A stretch of 64,000 nucleotides of DNA from assembly GCA_963765495.1 (NCBI GenBank), contig CAVXWP010000009.1:64001-128000 (forward strand), written 5' to 3'. The notes under the pieces were generated by a model. It did not search any database and was not told the origin of the DNA. It worked only from the letters and a program-made list of their open reading frames with translations. The stretch is from Blastocatellia bacterium (GTDB lineage Bacteria > Acidobacteriota > Blastocatellia > UBA7656). Below, one piece after another: positions 51,259 to 61,516 of the stretch; the stretch's first letter is position 1; each line of letters opens with the position of its first letter. A program made the position numbers and the translations under genes.

Positions 51259-52357
51259 CGGAGAGCATATAGACCGCAAACGAGGCGAGCCAGTGTTCTC
51301 CGGCATAGTCGCCGCTCGCAACATGCGCGAGCGCGTCCTTTGCATGGAGAATCGAGGCGTCGGCCAGGACTTTTCGCGCCGGGTCTTTCAGGGGCAACGC
51401 GGCTGCGACGGCTCGCATGCACCAGGCGCGGCTCAGATTCAATCCATCGAGATGGACGATCTTTGGGTCCGAGCGATCAGTGACAGTTGCGGGACGAAGC
51501 AGGGTGCGAGGCTCGCCTCGCTCAACCCCGGGCAGGAAACGGTGAAACCAGCGCGCAAACTCTTCCGGGCTCATTACACGCCTCATAAGGTCCGCTTCCA
51601 TAAGGGCCGGAGAGAAAAAATCTTCGCCGCCCGGCTCCCACCGGGCCGGATAGTTTTCATCCGCCGAGAAGTATTCAAGACTCCGCTCTCGAATCAGATC
51701 AACCAGTTTTTGATTGCCCGCCGTCTTCGCGTAATCCAAGGCAAACGCCAATCCAAAAGCCGTGTTCGGATGCACGCCCGTGCGTATCGGATAGGTCTGT
51801 TTTGGCAAAAAAATCGAGTACCTTGCGGCGAGCGCGTCGGCAAGCGGGCGCAGATTCGCCGACCATCGTTTTGCGTCCGCATCATCCCACCGCCCCAGTT
51901 CTTCGGCAAGCTTCAGCAGCCACGCCCAGCCATATGTTCGCTCGAAAGACTGCCGATTTGACTGATCGAGATAGGCGGTTTCTACTTCGATATTTTTTGC
52001 CGCGAGGTTTTCAGTAAGCGCCTCCCTTATTTCGGCAGCCTCTGCAAGGTCGGGATAGAGGCGCAGCAACCGGGCAAGCATCCAGTGACCGTGAACCGAA
52101 GAATGCCAGTCAAAACACCCGTAAAAGGCCGGGTGAAGCGATCTGGGGCTCCGCACCTCGCCTGCATCATTCATCACGTGATCGAGTTTGTTCGGATACT
52201 CCTGTCTGATGCACTTCAGCGCGAGGCGCGCGAAACGAGACGCCTGCTCACGGCTCAATTTCAGTTCATCGCTCTTTGAATTGTTGTCCATGGCCTGAAA
52301 CGGTTCGGCGATCAGAAACAGGAAAACAAGTGAGATTGCCCATCTGAACTTGAACAC
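51251..52357 (-). CDS. DUF2891 family exported protein
   Basis: GTG start after AAGGAGG; EYPNK, HPAFYGCFDWHSSVHGHW, FERTYGWAW, HLDGLNLSR, GEHWLASFA. Confidence 0.85.
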   Translation of the reverse strand: MFKFRWAISLVFLFLIAEPFQAMDNNSKSDELKLSREQASRFARLALKCIRQEYPNKLDHVMNDAGEVRSPRSLHPAFYGCFDWHSSVHGHWMLARLLRLYPDLAEAAEIREALTENLAAKNIEVETAYLDQSNRQSFERTYGWAWLLKLAEELGRWDDADAKRWSANLRPLADALAARYSIFLPKQTYPIRTGVHPNTAFGLAFALDYAKTAGNQKLVDLIRERSLEYFSADENYPARWEPGGEDFFSPALMEADLMRRVMSPEEFARWFHRFLPGVERGEPRTLLRPATVTDRSDPKIVHLDGLNLSRAWCMRAVAAALPLKDPARKVLADASILHAKDALAHVASGDYAGEHWLASFAVYMLSGQ

Positions 52358-52410
52358 CGATTCCTCCTTTTTGGCATTTAAGATAGCTGCTAAATGCGGC
52401 TGGTGTCTAT

Positions 52411-52527
52411 AAATGATGCGTAATGCGTGATGCGTGATGCGTGGCCTACATGCAAGTCTCAGGTTTAAGGAACCTTGAAAGCCTGCTAAATCACGCATCA
52501 CTTTTCACGCATCATTTATCACGCATC
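52411..52527. repeat. Palindromic heptamer-arm element B4
   Basis: TGATGCGTAATGCGTGATGCGTGATGCGTG ... TCACGCATCAC...ATCACGCATC between divergent genes. Confidence 0.88.
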
Positions 52528-52625
52528 GCGCTCCCCTAGTAAGGCTTTCGGATTTCTAGTAAACTCAAGTGCGGGCGCTCAACAAAAGGCGGTCGGCTCT
52601 TTGTAATGCGATCCCGGAGCCTTGG

Positions 52626-54194
52626 ATGGTCACACCTACTCACGAAAAAGAATACGCCTCCACTGATAATCTTGATTTATTGCTGAACGTACTTCCGCCG
52701 CATATTCGAGAAGCACTCTTCAGCGCAGGCAAGCCCGATATGCTGGTCGAAGTCGTGCTCGATCTCGGTCGCCAGCCCGAAGCCCGCTATCCGGGTCGTG
52801 CCGTTTATTTGAACGATTCGCTTGTTTCGCGCGAAGACATTCAATATGTCGAAAGCCGCGTAGGCCATTTCACACGCGACAACCGCGCAGGCATCGAGCG
52901 TACGCTGCATCGCATCTCGGCCATGCGTAATCGCCTCGGCGAAATCGTAGGTCTCACCTGCCGCGTGGGCCGCGCTATTTACGGCACGGTTGACATAATC
53001 AGAGATATAGTGGAATCGGGCAAGAGCCTTTTGTTGATGGGCAAACCCGGTGTAGGTAAAACCACTCTGTTGCGCGAAGCCGCGCGCGTGCTGGCCGATG
53101 ATCTGGAAAAACGTGTCATAGTCGTTGACACATCAAACGAGATCGCGGGCGACGGCGATGTGCCTCATCCCGGCATAGGCAGGGCGCGGCGAATGCAGGT
53201 TCCCGACCCCGAATACCAGCACGCCGTGATGATCGAAGCCGTAGAAAATCACATGCCCGAAGTGATCGTTATCGACGAGATAGGAACCGCGCAAGAGGCG
53301 CTTGCCGCGCGCACCATCGCCGAACGCGGAGTGCAACTCATAGCCACGGTTCACGGCAATACGCTCGAAAATCTCATGCTCAATCCCACACTCTCGGACC
53401 TCGTGGGAGGCATTCAGCCCGTCACGCTCTCGGACGAAGAGGCGCGCCGTCGCGGAACTCAAAAGACCGTGCTCGAACGCAAAGCGCCTCCCACCTTCGA
53501 TGTATTGATAGAGATTCAGGACAAAGACCGGCTGGCCATTTATCAGGACGTGGCCGAAGCCGTGGATTACATGCTTCGAGGCTACATCCCGAGCACGGAG
53601 ATCCGCGAGCGCCACGCAGACGGCGAAGTTACAATCACGCAACCCGAGATGGAAACGCGCGAAGGTTCATCCATGCCTTTTGCGGGCATCGAGCGTCCGA
53701 CCCGGCGAGGCGAACAATCGCAGAGGAAAAAAGGCAAGACTTTGCGAATTTATCCTTACGCGCTGAGCCGCGAAAGACTGGAAAGAGCTATCGCTGATCT
53801 GGGTGTTCCGGCAGCGATCACGACCGACATCAACGAGGCCGACGTTTTACTCACCTTGAAGTCGCACGCGAAACGGCAGTCGCAAAAGCTGCGCGAGGCG
53901 CGAGGCAGAAATATCGAGGTCCACGTCATTCGCAGCAACACGCTGACGCAGATGGAGAACTTCCTGCGCGATATATTCGGCAAGGCGTTCTATACAGAAG
54001 GCGAAGACGCGGGGATGCAGGAGGTCGAAGACGCGGTGATCGAAGTCGTCGAAAGCCGCCGCCCCGTCGAGCTATCGCCTCAGCCCCGACACATTCGCAG
54101 GATGCAGCACCTCTATATCGAACGCAGCGGGCTGCAATCGGAAAGCAAGGGACAGGAACCCCTGCGCCGCATCGTCGTCTATCCGAATCTTTAA
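52626..54194 (+). CDS. SpoIIIAA/Ycf45-like AAA ATPase with C-terminal R3H domain
   Basis: VLDLGRQPEAR, GKPGVGKTT, VDTSNEIAGDGD, EAVENHMPE..IDEIG, IRRMQH. Confidence 0.9.
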   Translation: MVTPTHEKEYASTDNLDLLLNVLPPHIREALFSAGKPDMLVEVVLDLGRQPEARYPGRAVYLNDSLVSREDIQYVESRVGHFTRDNRAGIERTLHRISAMRNRLGEIVGLTCRVGRAIYGTVDIIRDIVESGKSLLLMGKPGVGKTTLLREAARVLADDLEKRVIVVDTSNEIAGDGDVPHPGIGRARRMQVPDPEYQHAVMIEAVENHMPEVIVIDEIGTAQEALAARTIAERGVQLIATVHGNTLENLMLNPTLSDLVGGIQPVTLSDEEARRRGTQKTVLERKAPPTFDVLIEIQDKDRLAIYQDVAEAVDYMLRGYIPSTEIRERHADGEVTITQPEMETREGSSMPFAGIERPTRRGEQSQRKKGKTLRIYPYALSRERLERAIADLGVPAAITTDINEADVLLTLKSHAKRQSQKLREARGRNIEVHVIRSNTLTQMENFLRDIFGKAFYTEGEDAGMQEVEDAVIEVVESRRPVELSPQPRHIRRMQHLYIERSGLQSESKGQEPLRRIVVYPNL

Positions 54195-54196
54195 AT

Positions 54197-54293
54197 AGTG
54201 ATCCGTGATTAGCCTGACTTACAAGCTGACTATTACAAGCAATTCCCTTTAGAATCACGCATCACACATTACGGTTCTCGCTTCTCGCTTCAC
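54197..54293. repeat. Degenerate heptamer-arm element B5
   Basis: GTGATCCGTGATT ... AATCACGCATCACACATTACG between convergent genes. Confidence 0.65.
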
Positions 54294-56218
54294 TCACCCT
54301 TCTCTGCGCCTTTGAGTTTTTCTTCAAACAGCCGGGCCGAGATGCTCAGGAAATCATGGGCAGTAAGTATGCCTACAAGTCGGTAGCCTTCGACTACGGG
54401 AAGACAGCCTATCTGACGGTTTCGCATAAGCTCGATGGCTTCGAGAGTGGGGGTGTCTGAAGTGACCGTGACGGGGTCTGTCTTCATCAGGCTGCTCACG
54501 AGGACCGGCTGATCTGGGCCCGGCGTTTTACCTCGCGCAAGTAACTTCAGCAGATCGCGATGAGACAGGATGCCTACGAGCCGCCCCTGATCGTCTTCGA
54601 CGGGGACGTGGCGGACGTGCTTCCACTGCATCACGCTTGCGGCCAGATCGACAAGATCGCCCGGTCTGACGGTAAACAGATCCGTAACCATGTACTGGCC
54701 TACGGTCTGGTAACTGTGCGGCCAATCCTGCATATCCTTCAACTCGGCCAGAGGCCAGCGATGGACAGGTTCATCCACCTTCTGATTTTCGAGCATTGCA
54801 GAGGCCAGCGTGCTAAAGCGTATCTCGCGTGTTGAATGATTATCCATCCCGGCAAGCGATTGCAGCATCCACTGCGCGCCGGTCTGACCGCTCGAGACCC
54901 TATCTTCTATCGTGCCAAGATAACGGCTGATGTCTTCGGCGGGGATGCCAGCAGATTTAAGCCCCTCACGCGCCAAAGGGAGCAGGCGTTTGAGGATGAG
55001 CGCAGCAGCCGAATGAGATTGCCCGCCCGCCCAGTTGAATTGTGCCTTGAGTCCGTGACGGGCGGCGGCAAAGAAATTATCTTTGGCATCGTCGAAAGAC
55101 ATAATCCGATCGGCGCTGCCGTATTCCTCCGGCATCGCTCGCATAAGCCCGATAAAGAAGGCCGCGTTTGCTACCTCATCGAGAATGGTCGGCCCCGAAG
55201 GGAGCGCGCGATTCTCGATTCTCAGATGAGGGCGGCCCTCGATTATGCCGTAACACGGGCGGTTCCATCGCCAGACCGTGCCGTTGTGAAGACGCAACGC
55301 CGAAAGAAGCGGGGCCTCGCCCCGGTCGAGCACCTGCATCGGGTCTTCATCGAGTTTGCCCGACAGGATTACGCGGAATCGGGCTATGTCTTCGCGAAAG
55401 ACTTCCAGAATGGATTCGCTGATCCAATCATCCCCGAAACTGACTCGGGTCGGACGGCCTCTGGCAAGGTGTGCGCTTGAGCGCTCGTCTACGGAGTGCT
55501 GAAACAGCGCCACGCGGGTCTCATGCCAGAGCCTGTGGCTCAGAAGTACGGGCGAGTTGACAGCCGCCGCAAGGACCGGCCCCGTTATCGCCTGAGCCAG
55601 ATTGTACATCCGGGCAAACTCTTTGGGGCCGATTTGCAGATGTACCTGAAAGCTCGTATTGCAGGATTCGAGCAGAACGTTGTCGTGTGTGACCTGTAGC
55701 TCGTCGAGTCCCTTCATGTGGACCTGGAAACTGCCGCCGCGCAGTTGAGTGAGCGCCCTGTCGATTTCGCGATAACGCGGGATAGGGGTCATGTTTTCCA
55801 GCGTCAAATCCGATTGATGAAGCGTAGGCAAAATCCCCGCGAGCAACACATCGGCCCCGCTCTCGGCAGCCGCTTCACGCACGAGCCCTATTACTGCGCG
55901 CATCTCCTGTTCCATCATGTGAAAACATCGGCCTTCGAGCGAGCGCGGAGTCAGATTGGCTTCAAGATTGAACCGGGCAATTTCGGTCGTGAGCCGGGGG
56001 TCGTTTATCCGTTTGAGCACTTCCATCGCTACGGGAGCGGGTCGCATACCGGCGTCTACCAGAAACATCTCCTGCTCGCCGCCGATGCGCTGGACCCCCG
56101 ACTCAAATATGCCTGTCTCAAGCATTCGCTCCATCGCGCAAACATCCGCGAGAAGCGCCTTCATGAATGCGTTTTGCCTCTGAGTATCCGTTGCTGCTGA
56201 GATCTGATGTTCACCCAT
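54290..56218 (-). CDS. Glutamate--cysteine ligase (GCS2)-like protein fused to a C-terminal CBS pair
   Basis: [35 protein letters not shown]; CBS motifs HVPVED, GCLPVV; alternative start at 56269. Confidence 0.85.
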   Translation of the reverse strand: MGEHQISAATDTQRQNAFMKALLADVCAMERMLETGIFESGVQRIGGEQEMFLVDAGMRPAPVAMEVLKRINDPRLTTEIARFNLEANLTPRSLEGRCFHMMEQEMRAVIGLVREAAAESGADVLLAGILPTLHQSDLTLENMTPIPRYREIDRALTQLRGGSFQVHMKGLDELQVTHDNVLLESCNTSFQVHLQIGPKEFARMYNLAQAITGPVLAAAVNSPVLLSHRLWHETRVALFQHSVDERSSAHLARGRPTRVSFGDDWISESILEVFREDIARFRVILSGKLDEDPMQVLDRGEAPLLSALRLHNGTVWRWNRPCYGIIEGRPHLRIENRALPSGPTILDEVANAAFFIGLMRAMPEEYGSADRIMSFDDAKDNFFAAARHGLKAQFNWAGGQSHSAAALILKRLLPLAREGLKSAGIPAEDISRYLGTIEDRVSSGQTGAQWMLQSLAGMDNHSTREIRFSTLASAMLENQKVDEPVHRWPLAELKDMQDWPHSYQTVGQYMVTDLFTVRPGDLVDLAASVMQWKHVRHVPVEDDQGRLVGILSHRDLLKLLARGKTPGPDQPVLVSSLMKTDPVTVTSDTPTLEAIELMRNRQIGCLPVVEGYRLVGILTAHDFLSISARLFEEKLKGAEKGE

Positions 56219-56469
56219 TTTATGAACTCTCCAACTCGGGCTGGATGCCGAATTTTTCAGTTCGTCCAATATGTCGTGAGAATCGAGTGCCTCATAATAT
56301 ATGCATGTTCTATCGCTCGATTGATAAACATACTATGTCCATACTATAGATAAATCCTTTCCCGGTCCAATATGACAGCAGTCACGAGAGGTTGTGACAG
56401 GCGTCACACGAGGCTGCTCAAAGTAGAATAAATCCGAGATTTAGGCGGTCGGGACGAAAGCGGAGATGA

Positions 56470-57330
56470 TCATTTGGCGGGGGTAAAGGCATCCCAGTCA
56501 TAGGTGATGCCAAGAGCAAAACCGGTTCGAGGCGCGCGGTCCGACAGTCCGAATATTCCTGCCGCGTTCCAGCGAAGGCCGAGCGCACGCAATTGCGTGC
56601 CTATGCGCGCCTCTGAAAAATCCTCCGTACCCAGCGGAGCGTGCTTTCGAGTCGAATGAAAACCGTTGACCTCGCCTACGATGTTGAAGCGGTCGGAGAC
56701 CGTATAGATGCCCGCCAGCCCGTAAAGCAAAACATCGTTTTGCGTAAACTCGCTGAGCGGGGCTTCGAGTATTCCTATTCCCACATTGCCAAAGACGTTG
56801 AGTTTATCCGAGTGGAAACGCTTTCCGGCCGTTATCATTCCAAAGAAATTCGTGGTATTCGAGCCGATGCCGCGCGCCTGATCCGAGTTTGGCAACTGTA
56901 CGCCGAAACGAAAGCCGACAGCGGGCGTGCGAGCGGTCTCGTTGCGCAGTTTCATCTTCATCCAGAGCGTGACATCGCCCGAATCATTTGTGTCGGCGGG
57001 ATTGCCGCCCAGCTTCAGATCAATGGGCGGAGGCGTGGTGCCTTTAATCGAGAGGAGGTTTTGAACGGTCCACTCGATCTGGAATTCGACGTTCGGAGCC
57101 ATGCCAAAGCTCAAACGGGTATCGGCCAGCTTAACCAGATCGCCCCTGAGACCGGAAAGCGGGAATTTCTGATCCTGAAGAAACTCAAACCCGGATTCGA
57201 TGCGAATGACTCCCGGTTTGATTATATCAACGTCTTCGGTGAGCAGCGGTCTTTGCTGTGCCGCAGCTATCAGCGCGAACACAGGCAACAGGAGCGTGGC
57301 CAGCAATAATCTTCCGGGCCTCAAGGTCAT
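56470..57330 (-). CDS. Putative outer-membrane beta-barrel protein
   Basis: Signal peptide, QRPLLTED, alternating beta strands, aromatic C-terminal GITYDW. Confidence 0.65.
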   Translation of the reverse strand: MTLRPGRLLLATLLLPVFALIAAAQQRPLLTEDVDIIKPGVIRIESGFEFLQDQKFPLSGLRGDLVKLADTRLSFGMAPNVEFQIEWTVQNLLSIKGTTPPPIDLKLGGNPADTNDSGDVTLWMKMKLRNETARTPAVGFRFGVQLPNSDQARGIGSNTTNFFGMITAGKRFHSDKLNVFGNVGIGILEAPLSEFTQNDVLLYGLAGIYTVSDRFNIVGEVNGFHSTRKHAPLGTEDFSEARIGTQLRALGLRWNAAGIFGLSDRAPRTGFALGITYDWDAFTPAK

Positions 57331-57378
57331 AAAGATAAACTCCGCCGGGTCTTTCAACGGCCGCTGACCCGTGGGGCG

Positions 57379-57407
57379 ATTTTATGGACCGACAGGCGCT
57401 TTGTCAA
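57379..57407 (-). promoter_or_regulatory. Sigma70 promoter for the beta-barrel gene
   Basis: TTGACA-N17-TAAAAT. Confidence 0.65.
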
Positions 57408-57425
57408 TCGGAAGCACCCGCCGAC

Positions 57426-57581
57426 CAGGGCTATTGCAAAGTCGAGCAAAAATGTAGGGGCAGCCCTTGTGGCTGCCCGAATCGCGCGTAAGCGCGATGA
57501 CAGTCATCGCCCTTCGGGCGATCCGGGCAGGGACAAGCCCTGCCCCTACCATACATGTCAAGCTACTTTGCAATAGCCCTG
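57426..57581. mobile_element. 156-bp MITE with ISAs1-like ends, carrying a GTAG-type REP doublet
   Basis: Perfect 17-bp TIR CAGGGCTATTGCAAAGT; 10-bp direct repeat ACCCGCCGAC on both flanks; internal REP-like 25-mers at 57454-57478 and 57525-57549. Confidence 0.9.
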
Positions 57582-57797
57582 ACCCGCCGACAGCTAACTT
57601 GTTTTGAATCGGCTTATGCGATAGAGTTAGTGACTCAAAAATTGATGGCGGATTGTTATAGCCGGATCGAACTTGTCAGGCATTTTTTTCGGGTTAGCCC
57701 CTGGTTTACATAAGATTTTCCTGTCTCGCGCGCGTGGCGCAAACATCCAGGCAAATCGAATTATACGATTGAATCGCGATGGTAAGGAGTTTTCTTG

Positions 57798-60700
57798 ATG
57801 AGAGCAGTAATAGTCAGGATTTCAGCAATAGCTTTGTTGCTGGTCGGTGTGGCGCTCGCAGGCACGATACCAATTTTTTCCGATAACGGAGCGTCGCAAC
57901 TCAGGCGTCAGGGTGAAGGCGGGCAGGCGGAGCAGACGCGCACCAGACAGCACGCGGCTCGTTCACCCCTCTCTTATCGCAGCCCCGGCTCGTCTCATAA
58001 GATCGTCGTGCGCGCAGACGATAAGGAGATCGAAAACCGAATACTCTCATCGGGCGCTGCCCGCAAAGTTCGCAAGTATAACCAGTATACGCTTATCGAA
58101 GTCGATGACGGCGCGATTCGCTCTCTAAATTCAAATACGCTCGAAGGCGCGCAATTCAGGGATGATCTGAATCTGATATTTACGCGCCGAGGCCAGATTG
58201 ATACGACCGCCCCCGAGCCTGACATCAAACCCGAGCTTCGCCAGCCTGCGGGTCTCGCGCATTCGCTTCATCTGGTCCAGCTCTTTGGGCCTCCGACAAA
58301 TGATTCCCTGCGCGCGCTCGAAACCACGGGGGCAAAGATCGTCTCTTACATACCAAACAATGCTTATCTCGTCTGGGCTTCTCCCGCACAGGTAGAGGCG
58401 CTAGGCAAGGAATCCGATATCGTGCAGTGGGACGGCCCTTTTCATCCAGCTTATAAGCTCGACCCGCGCATCAATCTCGATTCCAGACAGCAGGTCAGGG
58501 TTTCAATTGCGGTCCTCGATTCTCCCGAAGCCGCCGAAACCGTGGCTCGCATCAGCGCCGCCTCAAACAAGAATTTGATGCAGGCGTTCGCCTCAGGCGG
58601 CGCTATCCACCTGAAGATGCTCGTTGATCCTGCGAAGCTTGCGGATATGGCTCGCATCGCCGATGTTCTGGCCATTGAGCCGTGGCCGGAAATGAAATTG
58701 AAGGATGAGCGCGTCAATCAGATCGTAGCGGGCGCGCTTTCGGAAGAGATTGTAAACAGCATCAATGTAGGCCGCCCTTCGACGCCGGGATTTCTCTCGT
58801 TTTTGAGCGCCAGAGGGTTTGGCTCGACCTTTGATTTCGCGATTGATATCGCGGATACGGGACTCGATATAGGCTCGGGCGACAAGACAAGAGTGCACAG
58901 AGATTTCCTCGATATCGCGGGTAGCTCTCGCGTCGCTTATCTGAACGATCTGACCAGTGACGCTTCATTTCACCCCAACAACCCGGAGATTCTCCCGGCG
59001 CACGACACCATAGGGCACGGGACGATAAACGCTTCCATTGCGGGCGGCTACAATACGAACGCCTCCGCCGATTTCAGAGACCCGCTCGGTTTCCAATACG
59101 GTCTGGGCGTCGCCCCATACGCCCGAATAGGCATCTCGAAGATATTCGATGATGACGGTGACTTCGGCATCGGCACTTCCTATTTCTCTTACATCACCTC
59201 GGCCTATCGTAGAGGCGCTCGCATATCGAGCAATAGCTGGGGAGGCGATTGCGATACGGGCTTTTGCAACCTTTACACCGACGACGCGGCCATATACGAC
59301 TCGATAGTAAGAGACGCCGACCCCGAGGCGTTCGGCAATCAGGAATTGACCGTCATCTTTGCGGCGGGCAATGACGGGTTTTCCGGGAACAACACTATAG
59401 GCATACCGGCCACGGCGAAAAACATAATTACCGTGGGCGCAAGCGAGAGCTTTCGCTCAAGCGATGCCGACGGCAAGAAATTCACCGACGGCTGCGGGGT
59501 CACCCCGGAGTCTGCCGATAACGCGCTCGACATATCAGGATTTTCATCCGGCGGGCCGGTTCAGGACGGACGCGCAAAACCCGACCTCGTAGCGCCGGGC
59601 TCGCACGTTACCGGCGCGGCCTCGCAAGACCCGGTATACGCGACTCTGGCCCCTGATCTGCTCGGCGTGTGCAACCGCTATTTCCCCGAAGGTCAGACTC
59701 TCTACTCGCTCTCGTCGGGCACAAGCCATTCGACGCCTGTCGTAGCGGGAGGGGCGGCGCTCGGGTTCCAGTGGTTGAAAACAAGCCTGGGGACGGAGCC
59801 AAGCCCCGCTCTCGTGAAGGCATTCATGCTCAATTCGACTTCCTATATGACCGGTCATCTTGCCGGGGATGATCTTCCCGGCGTGCGGCAGGGTTGGGGA
59901 TTGCTCGATCTGGCAAGGATGTTTGACACAACGGATCGGATGATATTTGATCAATCTCCCTCGCGCACCTTTACCGAAAGCGGTGGCGCGCCCTTTATCG
60001 CTACGGGGATAATAACCGATCCGACAAAAGAATTCCGCGTGATGCTGGCCTGGACCGACCCGCCCGGCAACGCATCTGTCAACGCGCCCTACATCAATCA
60101 GTTGAACCTTGAGGTAGTAGTCGGCGGCGTAGTCTATCAGGCCAATAACTTCTCGGGCGCGTATTCGAAGCCGGGCGGGCAAACCGATATTCTCAACAAC
60201 GTACAGGGAGTCCGTTTACCGCCGGGCGTAACCGGCCCGTTTGTCGTGCGCGTGCGGCCCACGGTGATTGCCGGGAATGGAGTGCCTGGAAACAATTTCC
60301 CGCTCGATCAGGATTTCGCTCTGGTTGTCACTAACGGACGCGAGAAGGCGGTCCCGGTGCTTACTATAGAAGCGGGCGACGGGGTATCGAAAGGCATCAA
60401 CATCACGCACCCAAACCAACACCAGGACGCGGCGCTCATCCCCGGAGAGTCTGTCTCGATTTCGGTGACGGTGAGAAATGAATCCGCTACGGCGGCTCAT
60501 ATCTCTTCGGCTACTCTTCGGCTCGGAAACGGCGCTCCGGCAGGGGCTGCTTTCCCTGTTATTGCGGGCGGCCAGTCGGCGGCAAACACATTGCCGTTCC
60601 AGATTCAGGTGCCGTCGAATCTGGGTTGCGGGTCGATTGCGAGCTTGCAGTTGAATCTTGAAACCGATGAAGGAAGGGTGAGCCTGCCGGTCCTCATAAG

Positions 60701-61352
60701 AGTTGGAGCAGAGACAACCGCGAATGCGGTCCTGCTTCAAGACGATGTTGACAGCGGGCTCGTGGTCTGGAAATTCAAGAAGGGCTTCTTTCCGACTCAG
60801 ACGGTCGGCAACAGCGGGAGAAGCTCTTATCACGTAGAGGATTCGGGACTTTTACAAGCCACCCGGCTGGGCCTTTTAATATTGAAAAAGAAGGTAAAAA
60901 TCCCACAAAATGCCGGTAATGTTCGCCTGTCGTTTTTTCACATCTACAATTTCGAGCCGGGTTATGACGGAGGGGCGCTCGAAATATCCACCGACAACGG
61001 CAAGAACTGGGAAGACCTCGGCTCGCGCATAATCGTAGGCGGATATGACGGAAAACTGACATCCTCATCGGATAATCCTCTTGGCGACCGTTTCGCGTGG
61101 ACCGCAAGAGGATTGCCGGGAGTCTTCAGACAGGTCGTCGTCAATCTGGATGATTTCGCAGGCAAAAACATAAAGATACGTTTCCTCGGCGGATTCGATG
61201 CCGCCGTGGGATCACTCGAAGGGTACACCGGCTGGTACATAGATGATATTCGGATCAGCGCCTCTCAGTTCGCTTGCAACGCATCTCAGTCTGTCGGCGC
61301 AGCGAGAGAGTTTTCACATAAGCGTCTTCCAAGGCTGGTCGTTACTCAATAG
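57798..61352 (+). CDS. Secreted S8 (subtilisin-like) serine peptidase with C-terminal beta-sandwich domains
   Basis: Triad DIADTG, HGT, SGTSHS; AAGN, KPDLVAPG; signal peptide and prodomain. Confidence 0.93.
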   Translation: MRAVIVRISAIALLLVGVALAGTIPIFSDNGASQLRRQGEGGQAEQTRTRQHAARSPLSYRSPGSSHKIVVRADDKEIENRILSSGAARKVRKYNQYTLIEVDDGAIRSLNSNTLEGAQFRDDLNLIFTRRGQIDTTAPEPDIKPELRQPAGLAHSLHLVQLFGPPTNDSLRALETTGAKIVSYIPNNAYLVWASPAQVEALGKESDIVQWDGPFHPAYKLDPRINLDSRQQVRVSIAVLDSPEAAETVARISAASNKNLMQAFASGGAIHLKMLVDPAKLADMARIADVLAIEPWPEMKLKDERVNQIVAGALSEEIVNSINVGRPSTPGFLSFLSARGFGSTFDFAIDIADTGLDIGSGDKTRVHRDFLDIAGSSRVAYLNDLTSDASFHPNNPEILPAHDTIGHGTINASIAGGYNTNASADFRDPLGFQYGLGVAPYARIGISKIFDDDGDFGIGTSYFSYITSAYRRGARISSNSWGGDCDTGFCNLYTDDAAIYDSIVRDADPEAFGNQELTVIFAAGNDGFSGNNTIGIPATAKNIITVGASESFRSSDADGKKFTDGCGVTPESADNALDISGFSSGGPVQDGRAKPDLVAPGSHVTGAASQDPVYATLAPDLLGVCNRYFPEGQTLYSLSSGTSHSTPVVAGGAALGFQWLKTSLGTEPSPALVKAFMLNSTSYMTGHLAGDDLPGVRQGWGLLDLARMFDTTDRMIFDQSPSRTFTESGGAPFIATGIITDPTKEFRVMLAWTDPPGNASVNAPYINQLNLEVVVGGVVYQANNFSGAYSKPGGQTDILNNVQGVRLPPGVTGPFVVRVRPTVIAGNGVPGNNFPLDQDFALVVTNGREKAVPVLTIEAGDGVSKGINITHPNQHQDAALIPGESVSISVTVRNESATAAHISSATLRLGNGAPAGAAFPVIAGGQSAANTLPFQIQVPSNLGCGSIASLQLNLETDEGRVSLPVLIRVGAETTANAVLLQDDVDSGLVVWKFKKGFFPTQTVGNSGRSSYHVEDSGLLQATRLGLLILKKKVKIPQNAGNVRLSFFHIYNFEPGYDGGALEISTDNGKNWEDLGSRIIVGGYDGKLTSSSDNPLGDRFAWTARGLPGVFRQVVVNLDDFAGKNIKIRFLGGFDAAVGSLEGYTGWYIDDIRISASQFACNASQSVGAAREFSHKRLPRLVVTQ

Positions 61353-61379
61353 CCGTATCTTCAGAAAGTTGGAAAATTT

Positions 61380-61448
61380 GCCACAGAGACGCCGCAAATA
61401 CAGAGATGTTTTATACTCTATCCTCTGTGTCTGCGGTGCCTCTGTGGC
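61380..61448. repeat. Palindromic CACAGAG-type element G
   Basis: GCCACAGAGACGCCGCAAATACAGAG ... CTCTGTGTCTGCGGTGCCTCTGTGGC. Confidence 0.8.
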
Positions 61449-61516
61449 TATTTTCAACACAGTCTTTCATAATTAGAGACACGCCCCGGTTTTTATGGTA
61501 ACATCCAGGCTGTAGC

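Noticed and set aside
56279-56292. Sigma54 promoter for the GCS2-CBS gene
   Set aside because: GGCAC is present but the -12 TTGC is absent.
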